64,000 bases of DNA from Malacoraja senta (lineage: Eukaryota), in the NCBI GenBank assembly GCA_038087875.1, contig CM075984.1, positions 39,370,001 to 39,434,000 on the forward strand, read 5' to 3'. Positions 12,209 through 24,937 of the stretch are shown one piece after another. How positions within the stretch are numbered: the first letter of the stretch is position 1; each line of letters opens with the position of its first letter. The notes under the pieces are model-generated. The model worked only from the letters and a program-made list of their open reading frames with translations, was not told the origin of the DNA and searched no databases. The translations under genes were made by a program, and so were the position numbers.

Positions 12209-13850
12209 CTGGTATAGCAAGATTGTTTTCAAACCAAAGTTTTAGCAATGTGTTTGTATTGTATTTGGAGATGGTCTGTGAGCCAGGGTTTGGTGCTGTC
12301 TGTTGTAATAATCTATGGGAGACATCGGTGGATACCTGCTGCAATGCGTCCTGACCACAGTACTGTGTGGTAATTGCAAGCTCATGATGCCATCACATTA
12401 CATACCCACATGACCTCCTATCATATTTACGTGCAAACACATTAAACTGTTTTCCCTCTTTGGAAAAGTGTTTCACATAGACACAGTGATTATAGGTTGT
12501 GTCCATCAACTGGTTTTCTCAGACACTTAAATCTCCTTAACTATGTTTTTATCGCTGGCATTTTTACTTTTTGTGCCATTGAACATATTACAAATTGATT
12601 AATCTCACTGTTGACATGTGTAAGCTCTTCTGTATGCAATTCTGGAACACATTTGTCATGACATATTTCTATGATACGGCATTTTTCTCCTGCAGGAAGT
12701 ACTTGTTTTATTGGTTTTAATACTTTCTCGGGTTACCGGAATTCTTTTTCCATTGTGTTGTTGATGTCATTCAAAATGTTGGTTACACTACATTTCTTGA
12801 CTTGCTTCGCCATAACAAGTCTATTAGTGGTTTTAACGTCTGTGGCTCATGAAGTGCCCTGCTGGGGTGCATCCTGTGATTGAGTGTGACACAGGATGAT
12901 ATCTGAACACAAAGTTAACTAGACTTAACAATATTGGAAGCCTTGTTCCCTCGATACTTCCAAAGAATAGAGACAGTTTTCAGTTACACTGCTAGAAGCT
13001 GGATGTTATGAGGGAATTAATGAATGCTTGATATGCTTGCTCCTCATGAAGAATTTGAAACACATGAGGCAAAATTGACATTACACCAATTCTTCAGACA
13101 TACCTTGGGGTTGCAAAGATTGATCTCAGCCTCTTAATTATATGCTCTGCTAGCATACTTGATCCCCCATGACTAACTTCAATCCACTTGAACAAGAAAA
13201 TTATTGATGCCTTTCTGTCAAAGAATCAATGTGATTTCAATGAATGTGGTTCACCTCTTTATCTGTAGGATTGGCACTTGTTCTGTACTATTGGGAGACT
13301 GTGCATGGTGACATTTATGTGTCTTTATCAATATCTGGCCCAAATACAAGATTTTGGCTACAGCTGTCATTTGTACTCCTGCCAGTTTGTGCAGTGTGTA
13401 ATTCATCTAAGATCTATCATATCAATACGTTCCCCTCTTCAGACATCCTCGATCAGTGAATAATTATAATCTTGTTTTGAAATGGGTGCAGACCCACATT
13501 TAATATCGTTAATGGTTTTCCCCTTACATGCTTGTGAAATGTATTCATTCAATAGCCCTTATTTTGCTGTCTGAGCATAATTCCATTTACTTATGTTTAA
13601 AGTGCATGATGCAAATGCTTCTCCTGGCTATCAAATTTGATGTGACAACATTCCTGCATGGTTTAAGTAATCACAACCTTCCACCATCACCCTCTGCATC
13701 CTTCCACGAAGCCAATTTTCTATCCAGTTTGGATAGCTCTACCTGGATCCCATGTGATTTAACTTTCCAGAGCAGCCTACCAACCTCTTGTGTTGTCAAC
13801 CACAACTATTGGTCCATATAACAGTTAGCACCTGGTACTTTACTTAAGTA

Positions 13851-14797
13851 TTTCATAAAACCATGTTAAATGTGAATGGCTGAATTTCCTGCTGTAGTAG
13901 ATCTATTGCTATATGAATTGTCATCTGAACATCCAGGTCATTGTTTACACATGCCTTACAATTTTGTTGTTTCCTCCAATTCTGAAATGAGTGTAGATGC
14001 AATATGTGTAATTCTTCTCCATTGGTGACACCTTCCATTTGTGCAAGTTCCTCTCTGTAGCTTTCAAATGAGGAAGGTTTTTTTTTATTTTTTTAAATTT
14101 TTTATTTATTAGAAGTACATTACATTACAACCACTTACATTAGTACTCGTCACTTATGTCTTCTTACAATTAATATACTCCATTTGTTTTTTGCACTAGT
14201 AAGGGAAAGGATAAGATTGAAAGAAAGAAGAAAGTGAAGGAAAAAGTGAGTGTAGAAAATGTGACAACAAATAAGAACGAAGACCCTATAAGAACAAAAT
14301 TAAAAACAAAAGAAAAAGAGTTAAGAAATAGACCCTAGAAAAGAAGGAGAAAGAGAAAGAGGAAAAAGAGAGAAACAAATATTTTTTATGAGCATTACGC
14401 AAATGGGACATACCAACTCTTCAACTATCATCCCCCATTACCTGACCTCAATTTTTTTAAGGTACCTTTGCACCCTATATTTGTAATAATTCTATAAAAT
14501 ACAGACCACGTCAGGTGGAAGTGATCTGGTTTACCTGCCAGGAGGAGTCTTATCTCTTCTAGGTGTAATGTTTCATAAAACCATGTTAAATGTGAATGGC
14601 TGAATTTCCTGCTGTAGTAGATCTATTGCTATATGAATTGTCATCTGAACATCCAGGTCATTGTTTACACATGCCTTACAATTTTGTTGTTTCCTCCAAT
14701 TCTGAAATGAGTATAGATGCAATATGTGTAATTCTTCTCCATTGGTGACACCTTCCATTTGTGCAAGGTTCCTCTCTGTAGCTTTCAAATGAGGAAG
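13851..14797. repeat. ~226-bp direct duplication (13851-14076 and 14571-14797) flanking a retroelement tail
   Basis: The two copies differ by one substitution and one 1-bp indel as read by eye. Confidence 0.95.
14077..14570 (-). mobile_element. L1-clade LINE 3' end (ORF2 C-terminus, 3'UTR, poly(A))
   Basis: Poly(T) on + at about 14078-14105 with AATAAA on -; minus frame reads approximately TLHLEEIRLLLAGKPDHFHLTWSVF, an L1-like ORF2 tail. Confidence 0.65.
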
Positions 14798-14939
14798 TTT
14801 GTTGACAGCTTTATAGATAGGTAAGGAAAATGCAGCACTTAGATGGAGACATGGCTGCAAGTAATTTGTCAATGTAAAGATATTTGTAGTTTTACTAATG
14901 TTTTCCTGGTTTTATCTTCACTATTATTCTTCTATCCAG

Positions 14940-15058
14940 GTAAAATAACCATGCGAGATCTAAAGAGGTGCCGAATGGCTCATATCTTTTATGATACCTG
15001 CTTCAACTTGGAAAAGTATCTGGACCATGAGCAGAGAGATCCATTTGCTGTGCAAAAG
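14940..15058 (+). CDS. PPP2R3A: PPP2R3A internal exon
   Basis: ccag|GT...AAG|gtgact; 119 bp; (G)KITMRDLKRCRMAHIFYDTCFNLEKYLDHEQRDPFAVQK. Confidence 0.96.
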
Positions 15059-16768
15059 GTGACTGTTAATGGGGCAACCAAGCAGTGTGAATTGTCCCCA
15101 ATGAAGCAAAAAGCATTTGTTTCAAGCTTAAGGCAGGGGATGTGTTTGAGCAACAGAGCTATATCTGATCTGAGCCTATTTACTTCATTTGAGAGGATGT
15201 GTTAATTTCACATCATGTTGCAAGGTAGTAACTTTTATAATACAAGAATATTCATAATATGGCTCGATATGCAAGTGAATTCCCGCAAAACCTACTGGTC
15301 ATCAGTATCGAGACTCATCTATAAAGAATAATTTCTGACACAAGCAATTTATGCCTCGGAATCATACACTGATCAGTGAACGAGAAAGTAAGAGAAAACT
15401 GAAAGAAAGTAGAGAAGTATACCGAGAATATTGGGATTTTAATCACGATCAAGTATAACTACCTTATCATATAGCGTATCTTGCAGAGCCCTAATTGGTT
15501 GTTGTACTCTTGGTCCTCCAGTCCAAACATGCACAGGTAAGAACTTACCTGTAATTTTGAAAAGAAAGCGTCTGCATGAACCATGCTGGAAACCTGCTTC
15601 AACCCCTAGTTCTGCACTGATGCACCTGCAGATAATAGCCCACGGCTTGGCGTGGAGAGGTTGCCTGTGAGTGATGGTGTTGGACAGGCTGGTGCAAGTG
15701 GTGCCACTGCTCTGCATTGGGATATGGGCCTTAGGGGTGCACCCTGGTCATTTCAAGTGATCAGATTCCTGGATCCCGCAGCCTTTTTTACCACTTGGTG
15801 TGGGAATTGATGGAAGCTAGTGTCCTACCCTCGCTTTGTTTGGCTGCACAGCTCGTCCAAGCCTGGAGATTGCTCCATGATAAAAAGAGCAATAGTTATA
15901 GCTGCCCTTTGACCGTGCGCAACCAAAACAGAGAGGGAGGCAACAACGTCTATCAATCTATGAAGCAACCTCACTGTCCACCCAAACCCAGCCTTCATAA
16001 GCAGTCTCTATAGGCTATGCAATCTAGCTCAAAGTGAGATACCAGGGAACCTGTAATATACTCTGTTTATACAGTTCTGATTTTGTTCTTCTAAAAAATG
16101 TTCTGCAATTTGGATAACTGTAATATTGTCTATGGGGTTATCAACACTTGACAGCAATGGATAAGAGGGCGCCTTATTAAAAGCACATGTGGAGCATAAT
16201 CAATCTCAGCTTTAATGTTGTAGACTATAAATTTGCCTTGAGCAATAGCAGCAAGTAGGCATGCCACTTCATGCATTATTATTTTGTTGATATTGATCAT
16301 AGGGGGGAAAAAATGGAATAATGTCTATTCAATTTATATTATAGCCCAGTATAAAGTTTTACCCTTGAGTACCTAGTGTATATTATATATATACAATATA
16401 TACTGTCTGTCTGTACAGTTTGCACGTTCTCTCTGCGGGTGGGTTAATTGACTTCGGTAAAAATTGAAAATTGTCCCTATTGTGTTGCAGGATAGTGCTA
16501 CTGTACGAGGATCGCTGATCGGCACGGACCCGGTGGGCCAAAGGGCCTGCTTCTGCGCTGTATCCCTAAGCTAAACTAAAATGAAACCATTAGCTTCCTG
16601 ATTAAATTATGCATAGTTTTTTTTGTCAAACTGACTGTTTCCAAAATAAGGTTGATTGAAATGTAAAGCATAATTAATTGTTCTTATACATTAATATGAA
16701 TACATTAAAAAAAATTGCAGCATTAATCCCCTGGGTGGTCATTGACGATTGTATTTTGTTTCTTTCAG

Positions 16769-16875
16769 GATGTCGACAGTGATGGTCCAGAACCTTCCGA
16801 CTGGGATAAGTATGCAGCTGAAGAATATGAAATTTTAGTTGCTGAGGAATCGGCCAATGAACAGTTACAGGAAGG
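16769..16875 (+). CDS. PPP2R3A: PPP2R3A penultimate coding exon
   Basis: tcag|GAT...GAAGG|gtagga; 107 bp; DVDSDGPEPSDWDKYAAEEYEILVAEESANEQLQE(G). Confidence 0.95.
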
Positions 16876-16897
16876 GTAGGAGTCTTCAAATAATGTT

Positions 16898-16937
16898 TAG
16901 CAGTCTGAAGAAGGGTCTCGACCCGAAACGTCGCCTA
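16898..16937 (+). ncRNA. Minimal Penelope-type hammerhead ribozyme motif
   Basis: CTGAAGA (16905-16911), extra A, GGGT-CTCG-ACCC stem II, GAAAC-GTC; lies inside a ~100-bp insert with a 14-bp TSD. Confidence 0.75.
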
Positions 16938-17280
16938 TTTCCTTCGCTCCATAGATGCTGCCTCACCCGCTGAGTTTCTCCAGCATTTTTGTCTACCTTC
17001 AAATAATGTTAATCAATTTTTCAATGCCTCACAGCAGAGCAGAGAAAATCTTCTTAATTCTTTCCTTATGAATCTTACGTTGGACATTTCTTGATTGCAA
17101 GGAATAAATGCAAAACAACACTTTCTGGTAACCTTTTTATAATTCATTTTACAATATGTTTTAGCTTTAAGAATAAGGTTTTAGCAGCTTAAAATTGATG
17201 GAATCAAAATGTGATCAGCATGGATCAAAACTTGATTCATTAGTAAAGAACTATCTTACGTGTAGGAAGAAACTGCAGAT

Positions 17281-17446
17281 GCTGGTTTAAACTGAAGATA
17301 GACACAAAAAGCTGGAGTAGCTCAGCGGGCCAGGCAGCATCTCTGGAGAAAAGGAATAGGTGACGTTTCGTGTTGAGACCATTCTTCCGACTTCTTCAGT
17401 CTGAAGAAGGGTATCAACCCGAAAAGTCACCTATTCCTTTACTCCA
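17281..17446. mobile_element. Inverted pair of Penelope termini with two mutated hammerhead cores
   Basis: Arms about 17344-17392 and 17398-17446 are reverse complements; cores read CGGAAGA (-) and GAAAAGTC (+). Confidence 0.8.
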
Positions 17447-17684
17447 ACTTATGTCTGGTGAAATAATCCTTCGCTGAAAAGAGCATGTTAAAATAATTGA
17501 GGAAATTAACTCCCCCTCATCCTTGCCATCACTCCGTGGTTGTAATTTTAAGTGCCTAACCACAAGTTTCCGCCAGTTGGCAGCTCGGGTTAAAATCAGT
17601 TATTATCTACTTTTACAACCATAGTAAACAAAAACGTATCCCTTGGTTGCATTATCGTACAATCATTTGCTTTTTTCCCCACAG

Positions 17685-17781
17685 CTCATTTGAAGAAGAC
17701 TATGAATCAGATGAATTATCCACTGCCCCAGAACTCAACAGCAAGATAGACAAGCTTGTCATTTCCGACCTGCCAACATAA
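17685..17781 (+). CDS. PPP2R3A: PPP2R3A last coding exon
   Basis: acag|C...TAA (17779-17781); SFEEDYESDELSTAPELNSKIDKLVISDLPT*; phase 2 matches the previous exon. Confidence 0.9.
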
Positions 17782-20700
17782 ATGCAAAGCTAGCTCAGCT
17801 GCTGGACAGTCAGGGTGACCAGTGCACATTAACCTTGAAGACTGACTGCCACCCAGTCAGGTGTGTCGTGTAAAGAAATTGTTAATACTTTTTTTGTTGG
17901 CTTTTTTGTTGAAGAGAATATGCTAGATTTTATATCAGAACAAAGTACATGCTTACTGTGTGCAATGGACTTTATTCAAAATTTTAAAATATTGTCTGTT
18001 TGTGCAATATGTCTTAAAATGCAGTGTTATGTTTGTGGATTTTTATTAGCTGCCATTGCTGCGTTTGACGCCGTTTAGCTTTGCTTGTTCTTTCCATTTT
18101 TTCACCCTCTTGTTCACCTTTCAGGGTTGACTTCTTTGCAGTGCAAACCACCCTTTAATCTGTGCCTTATCAAGGCTTCATAAAGTTCCTTTCTTCCTAT
18201 TAGCAGTCTCAAGCACTGATTTTGTTTTGCTCTCATTGTCAATTGACAGCAATAGCTGAATAAGCTGATTATCTGCACAAGTCAGCAACACCACTGCAAA
18301 CCTGCCTTTATATAACGTTTCAATTGTAGAAAAACATCCCAGGTACTTTCACTGTATGAACGTCTGATGAAATGCACAGTATTTCCCACAAAATCAAACC
18401 AGCCAGAGATATAAGAAGATACCAGAGATATAAGTAAACTGATTAAAGGAAACTCCCTGCTTTCCAATTTCCTTGCATGCATTGTATTTGCAAGTTTATC
18501 GGAGCCTCTATAAATTGGAAATCGGCTTTCATGAAAAAGCCACACAGTCACGATCACCAGCACACAGCAACTCTAAGGCTAATCACTTTCCAGTCAGTTT
18601 TGCTCACGTTTTTTAAGTGATCATTTGAGCCTAAATCTTGGGCCCTTGTTCTGACTTCCATCTAACATCCATCTGCTTTTTGGAATCTATAATTTTGTGC
18701 TCAATTCATGCTAATGCAATGATCCAGTATTTCATTCAATAGGCGTTTGATGTAGTTTTGAATGTGGATTAAACATTCAATGCTGAAGTAGCCCTTTCTT
18801 CCAACCACATAACAATTTTGCAGCTCAAGGCCAAACACAAAATTTCATGCTGAGGATGCAAATTGCAGGACTAATTTACAAGTACTTTATATAAGCAACC
18901 AACCTCAAATCTCAGTGAACAGTGTCAAAAAATTGATCGCAAAGTAATTATTTGAAATTCTACTCCAATGAAAAAAGGATTGTAAATTTCAGTCCTTCAG
19001 AAGTCAAAATCTCAAAAGAATTGTGGCCACAACAAGTAGAAATTTAATTTAGGACCCAAATGAAAACAACATGGTACTTTCTATTTCTGAATATTAATAG
19101 AAGAATAATTGTAAAGAAAGCAGATTCTGTGTTCCTAATAAGAAACTGTTAACACAGTGCAGAGTCTGTAAATTGAATCAAGTTATGTAACTACTACTAA
19201 ATATATAATGCAGAAGCATTTACATTGAATGTAATTTACTTTTATTTTGATTTTGTTTTGATATTGTAAACTAAAGCTGCTTTGCAGCCTTAGTTAGAAA
19301 TGTTGCATAATGTCGAATCAATTTTACCGGTATGATTATTTTTTCCCACGCTTTCCATTGACCCAATACCAAGCTGTCTGATTTTGCAATTTTAATGTAC
19401 TCCAGTTGCCTCTGTTGTGGAGGTTAGTTTATTTCAAAAGTGAACACAATTCAATTGCCATTTCAAAATTTCTTGACTCTGCACAGTGGAGGTCAAACTT
19501 TATTTGTAGCCCATGATTTCCTCCAGCATGGGCCAACTACTTGTTTCAATAAATTACAAAGAAGGAACTTGACATCGCAGTGTTCAATAGAGAAAAATAT
19601 TTTGCAAAAAGAACGGGAAACGATGGAAATATCTAGAACATAATGCAACGTATGGAGAGAGAGACACAAGAGTTACAGTTCCAGGTTGATGATATTTTGG
19701 TTTTCATGAAAGGCAATCAACGTGAAATATTAGCTCTGTTCATTTCTTCACATGCTGCCTGACTTGTTCAGTATTTACAGCCTTTTATGTTTAATTTCAG
19801 ATATCCTGCAACTGCAGGACTTTGTTCTATTTTTGAATGGTGTTTTAACAGTATGGAGGGAAGCATATAAAAAGGCAATTTAAAAATATTAGACGTAAAA
19901 TAATTTCAGCAAAACTTTTTTTTAAATAGTCTGACAATTAGAAATCCTGTTAAAACAAGTGATTTTATCTAATATATTTTTTGTACACACATCTTGTTCT
20001 CTTCAACATCCTACAGCCCTTATTTTGCATGCAGTATTCCTGGGTTGCTTCACCTGGCTTTGATATTGTCAATAAAAGGAGAACTGAAAATGCAGTTGGT
20101 AAATGGCAGGTCCGTAAGAATCTGCAAAAAGAAAAAGTTTAATACTTTTGATAGATTTCAGCTATTATTTATAATTTTATTTTAAACATGAAGTTATGCA
20201 GCAGTTTACCTGCCATTCAACCATGCATGTGTCAACTGTGATTGAACCAACCTTTTTTTCTTTCTAAACAATTGTTGAGCAGTTTTGACGAATGTTCATG
20301 TTTGCTGTTGACTATGTCATTTTTGCATGTCATCTTCCATCTGCCAGAGTTCTCCCATATAGCATTTGCCTTACAGCATAAGTTTGATCCTGAATGTGGG
20401 TGCTGTCTGTATGGGGTTTTTACGTTCTCTCTGTGACCGCATGGGACCGCAAAACTGATCTAACATCGAACTAGTGTACGAGTGAATGTTGGTCAGCGAT
20501 GACTCGGTGGGCCAAAGGGCTTGTTTCCATGCCGTAGCTCTAAACTAAAGCAAACAAAGAAGACTATATTTACAATTTATAGAAGCAGCTTTCCCATAAC
20601 ATCACTAGCAATGAGCCACACATGGATTTTATAAATGGTGACAAATCTGCAAGCTAGATACTAAGGATGAGGATTCACTACCAAGACCTATTTATTACTC

Positions 20701-22645
20701 ATCCCTAATTAAGCTCAAATCGACCTGAAGTTGTTTTCAATGGGTTTAGACTCAGATGGTAGACACTTGATGAAATAACATTAGTGCATCGGAGGGTGTT
20801 TTACAACAACCACATCGTTTAATGGTCTCATTAATGTTAATATTTTAATTCCAGATTTATTGAAATTGTGAGGTGCCAGGCAGAGTTTTGAATTCAAGAT
20901 TCCAGGTCAATGATATAGGCCTTTGGAGACCAATTCAGTAATTTAATAATTTTACTATCATGCCCTCTAAATTACTAACCTTTTTGTTTAAAAAGCTCCC
21001 TCATTATTACATGAGTAAACTCCAGAAATTGATGTATTGAATATGGTGATTAATGTGCTATTATGTAACAGTGGGTAAAACAACATTTAAAAAATTAGTA
21101 ACAAAACAATGCATCAAACATCTTTCATCAAAAAGTACTGTTATTGAAAATTACTTTTTTCCTCTCTCCACCTGAAGTTTTAGAATCGCATCAGTATCTC
21201 AAAGGAAATTGAGCGATATTTACTCCAAACTTTGTTCTGCTTGGCCTGTTAGTAGACTCAACATCAGTGCAACTACAGGATGCTAACGTTAATTGCCTAT
21301 GTATTTTTCCATTGAAGTGAAGTATTCAACAGTTGTGGAGAAAAGCATACATCATGTACTAAAACTTATTCTCAGATGGCAGCTTTCAAGTCATTTATTT
21401 GTGGTGCCTATACACATTGCATAAGCAAAGGAGCATTCTGTAATTGAGAAAGGCAATTTATGAAAGGGTCTGGCATGCGTCTCTTGTAGGTCCCTTTTGG
21501 ATAAAGAGTAGGCTATGTTTGCTGCATCTGCTATATATATTATGTAGAACATAGTGTTGAAGCAGTTGTAATATCTGAAGCCAACTGGCAAGCAGATTAT
21601 GATGGAATTCCTAACAGGCCATTATTGCAGGAATTCAACCCATTGAAAGTTCGTTGGGAAATTACTAAGGCAAGCTCACAGCATCTGCCAGGTTAAGTTT
21701 TAACCTAGGATGCAGGAAAAAGGTGGTTACCTAAGAATTAAATGTAAATGTTTATCCAGTACACACAGAAAGCATTTAAGAAACATAGTTCATTATTGAT
21801 TTGGTGGATTGGTTCTATTGGAAGAAGCAGGTAAGCATATAATCCTTTTGGTATTCATGGTGTCAAATTATTAGCAAGGGATCAAAATTAATTGGGAAGT
21901 AGAATTTTAACTCTGATAATACAAGTAGATGACAAAACATTATTACAAAATTTGGGGAATTGTTTGCATATTATTAACTCACAATATTTCCATGATATGA
22001 TTTCCATATTAAGCATTATTTGACTGAGGTTACACATTCAATTTTAGTCAAATATTACAAATGTTCCAGTAATATTTCAATTCCACTTATTTCAGTAAGG
22101 TATATTTCAAATGATTTTACGTGTGTGTATATATCTACACATTGGATGTTTTAAAGTAAAAAATGTCTGTTAGAAAAATCCATTCTCACATCTTTGTTAC
22201 CATTTAGAAAAAGATATATCCAGGTAAGAAGTCTTTAATTATCTCATTTGCCGAGCAAATTCCGAATCAAGCAAATTTAGCCCAATAAGTCAGTGCAAAA
22301 AAACAGGTGCCAAGAACGGGAGATGTTTTCTATCTTGCTATGGAAAGTATGAAATCAATGGGTTTTCACTTTCTGGATTTGATAACATTTGGTGGCACCT
22401 CATGACTGTTCTGCCCTTGATCTGCCCTCATATGAAAATGTACTGAAAACTTTGATTTATAACAAATATTGCACAGACTATACCAGTTGCTGATTTGCAG
22501 CTAAAGTCAGGGTTCAGTACAAGATCCAGCATAGATTATTATCGGGGTTGCTTGTGTAGCGATTATGGCAAATTTCGGATGCTTGCTTTGGAGATTAATT
22601 AGAGGAGAGGTAAACATCATAACAGATTTTATATGCGCAGTGGTA

Positions 22646-22956
22646 GTCCAGGACAAGGGGTCACAGCTTAAGGATAAGGGGGAAATCCTTTAAGATCGAG
22701 ATGAGGAAAAACGTTTTCACACAGAGAGTGGTGAATCCCTGGAACTCTCTGCCACAGAGGGTAGTCGAGGGCAGTTCATTGGCTATATTTAAGAGGGAGT
22801 TAGATGTGGCCCTTGTGGCTAAAGGGATCAGAGGGTATGGAGAGAAGGCAGGTACGGGATACTGAGTTGGATGATCAGCCATGATCATATTGAATGGCGG
22901 TGCAGGCTCGAAGGGCCGAATGGCCTACTCCTGCACCTATTTTCTATGTATCTATG
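22646..22956 (+). mobile_element. CR1-clade LINE 3' end (HER1-like)
   Basis: Collinear with 120-429; ends ctatgtatctatg. Confidence 0.85.
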
Positions 22957-24937
22957 AAAGACTGATAATCACTTTATTTTTGCATGCTCTTTGTTACTCC
23001 AGATTTGATTACCCACGTTCAACATATGGATACAAATATCTGAGAGCAAACTTTTATAATTTGATGACAGGTGTAGCATAAAATGTGTACATTGCACTAA
23101 AAATTCAACATTTGATGTGTGTTCCAGAATTGTATTTGGGGGTGCCAAAAGGTGTAAGAATTTGACTTCCTGGTCCTGGATTAATTGTTTAGAATACTGT
23201 GCACCAAAATGTAATGCTGGAGAGAGAATTACTTCATTTCCACTAACTGAGCATTTTAACAAATAGACAGGTTATTGCTTTAACTAAATCAAATAGCAGG
23301 GAATTCAGACAACAGCATTAAGCATTCATACTAGATACATCAGGTGATGTTTTTATTTTTACCTAAATAATTATGAATTCATGGGAGTTACAACACTATA
23401 GCAATTTGATAAAAGAATGATGATGAATAGAAGCATCCAAAGTAATGTTTTATACATTGTCCAAATCACAAAATGTGACTTCTGCTTTAAAATAAATGAA
23501 GGGGTTCTGTATCTTTTGCAATAGTGTAAACATTATAGATTTGTTTATTTGTCAAATAATCCATTTTGAACAGGAGCAGGTGACAATAGAGAAGCCAGTA
23601 ACCATTCCAAGACATAAGATAAAATTGTATTCGAACAATGGCATTTATAACAGCAGGTTTATTGAGGAGGAGAATGGAGTTCAAAGCGATGGAATAATAA
23701 ACTCTCAGAAATATCAACAGGTGGTATGAAGTTAAATTATTTTGGAAAGTTTCCAATGGGTTAGTAAATACAGCACAAAGTCTAAATGAAATGGCAATAC
23801 TGGTCATAATAGTGTGAAATGAAAGAATGTGCATTTCCAATCAACGGTTGGTGCTGAAGGCACATTGTTGGGACGTCAGAAACAACCACGGTGTACACCT
23901 TGGACATAGAGTAAAACATTCTCCAGTGCAGAGGAGTCTTTTGTTCAGGATCCTAAAACTCAGTTTATAAAAATGATTAATAAAAAAAATTATATTGTCA
24001 ATCTAAATTATACATGTGACATGAACACAAAATTATTGCCGTGGTACTCCATTGGCTTGGTTGTATCAAATCAAACTACTTTGGTAAAGACATAATACTT
24101 TCTCCATGTGCTGCCAGTAAAATCTTAAGCGATTTACAATTTTGCTAGCCTTAAATCTCTTCTCGCAGGGAATCGATTACCATAATTTCATTGCCTTTCA
24201 TGACAATAAGAATTCTTTGATATTTTAATTGCTTTAAGTTTTCAAAAATCCTCAGGACGAAAATGCCTGAAGTTGTAAAATAAGATGAATTACTGGACCA
24301 GGGGAACGATTTGTTTTATTTTATGTAGACTGGAAACAATTATTTGAACCTCTTGTCTGAAATGTGAATGAGTCAGATTAGTCCTAATAGGGCGCCATTT
24401 TGATTCACCTTTTCTGCCAGTGCCACAAATATAACGACTTGTCTGTTTGATATAACTTGCAAGCAGTGAAAACCTCAACTATTACAAGATCATGCACTTG
24501 TTAAATGATCAGAAAATATGTTAATCATTTTCTTAAATTTTCATCAGTGGTTGAAAGGCTGGGATGGGATGTGCTGATGTGTTTCTATGATTTAATATAA
24601 AGAAAATAAGATGTTTTGTGCATTCAAAATTAACAAAATTGAATTTTGCTTTTTTTATTCTCAGCTATCAGCCTATGCAAATAAGACCACAAACATACAT
24701 ATTCAGCATACTGTGTGCCAATTGGCCTAATAGTATGTTTGTAGATTATGTTGGGTTCAAGATCATGAATGGGATTGGTTATAGCATAACCTTCAACACA
24801 ATTAAACAAGTATTTTATTTCTGGTATATCATGTGTCCTTTACAAAAATTGTTTCTTCTGAATCCTTACCCATTGAAATCTGCATCACTGTGATTTGTTT
24901 GTTTTGAAACCTTTGCTCTGGGCATTGTGTTAAACCT

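Noticed and set aside
13853-14872. Duplicated peptide MEGVTNGEELHIL... on the minus strand
   Set aside because: By-product of the 226-bp intronic duplication; no coding signature
19548-20076. AATAAA hexamers as the PPP2R3A poly(A) signal
   Set aside because: Several candidates in AT-rich sequence; cannot choose without transcript data
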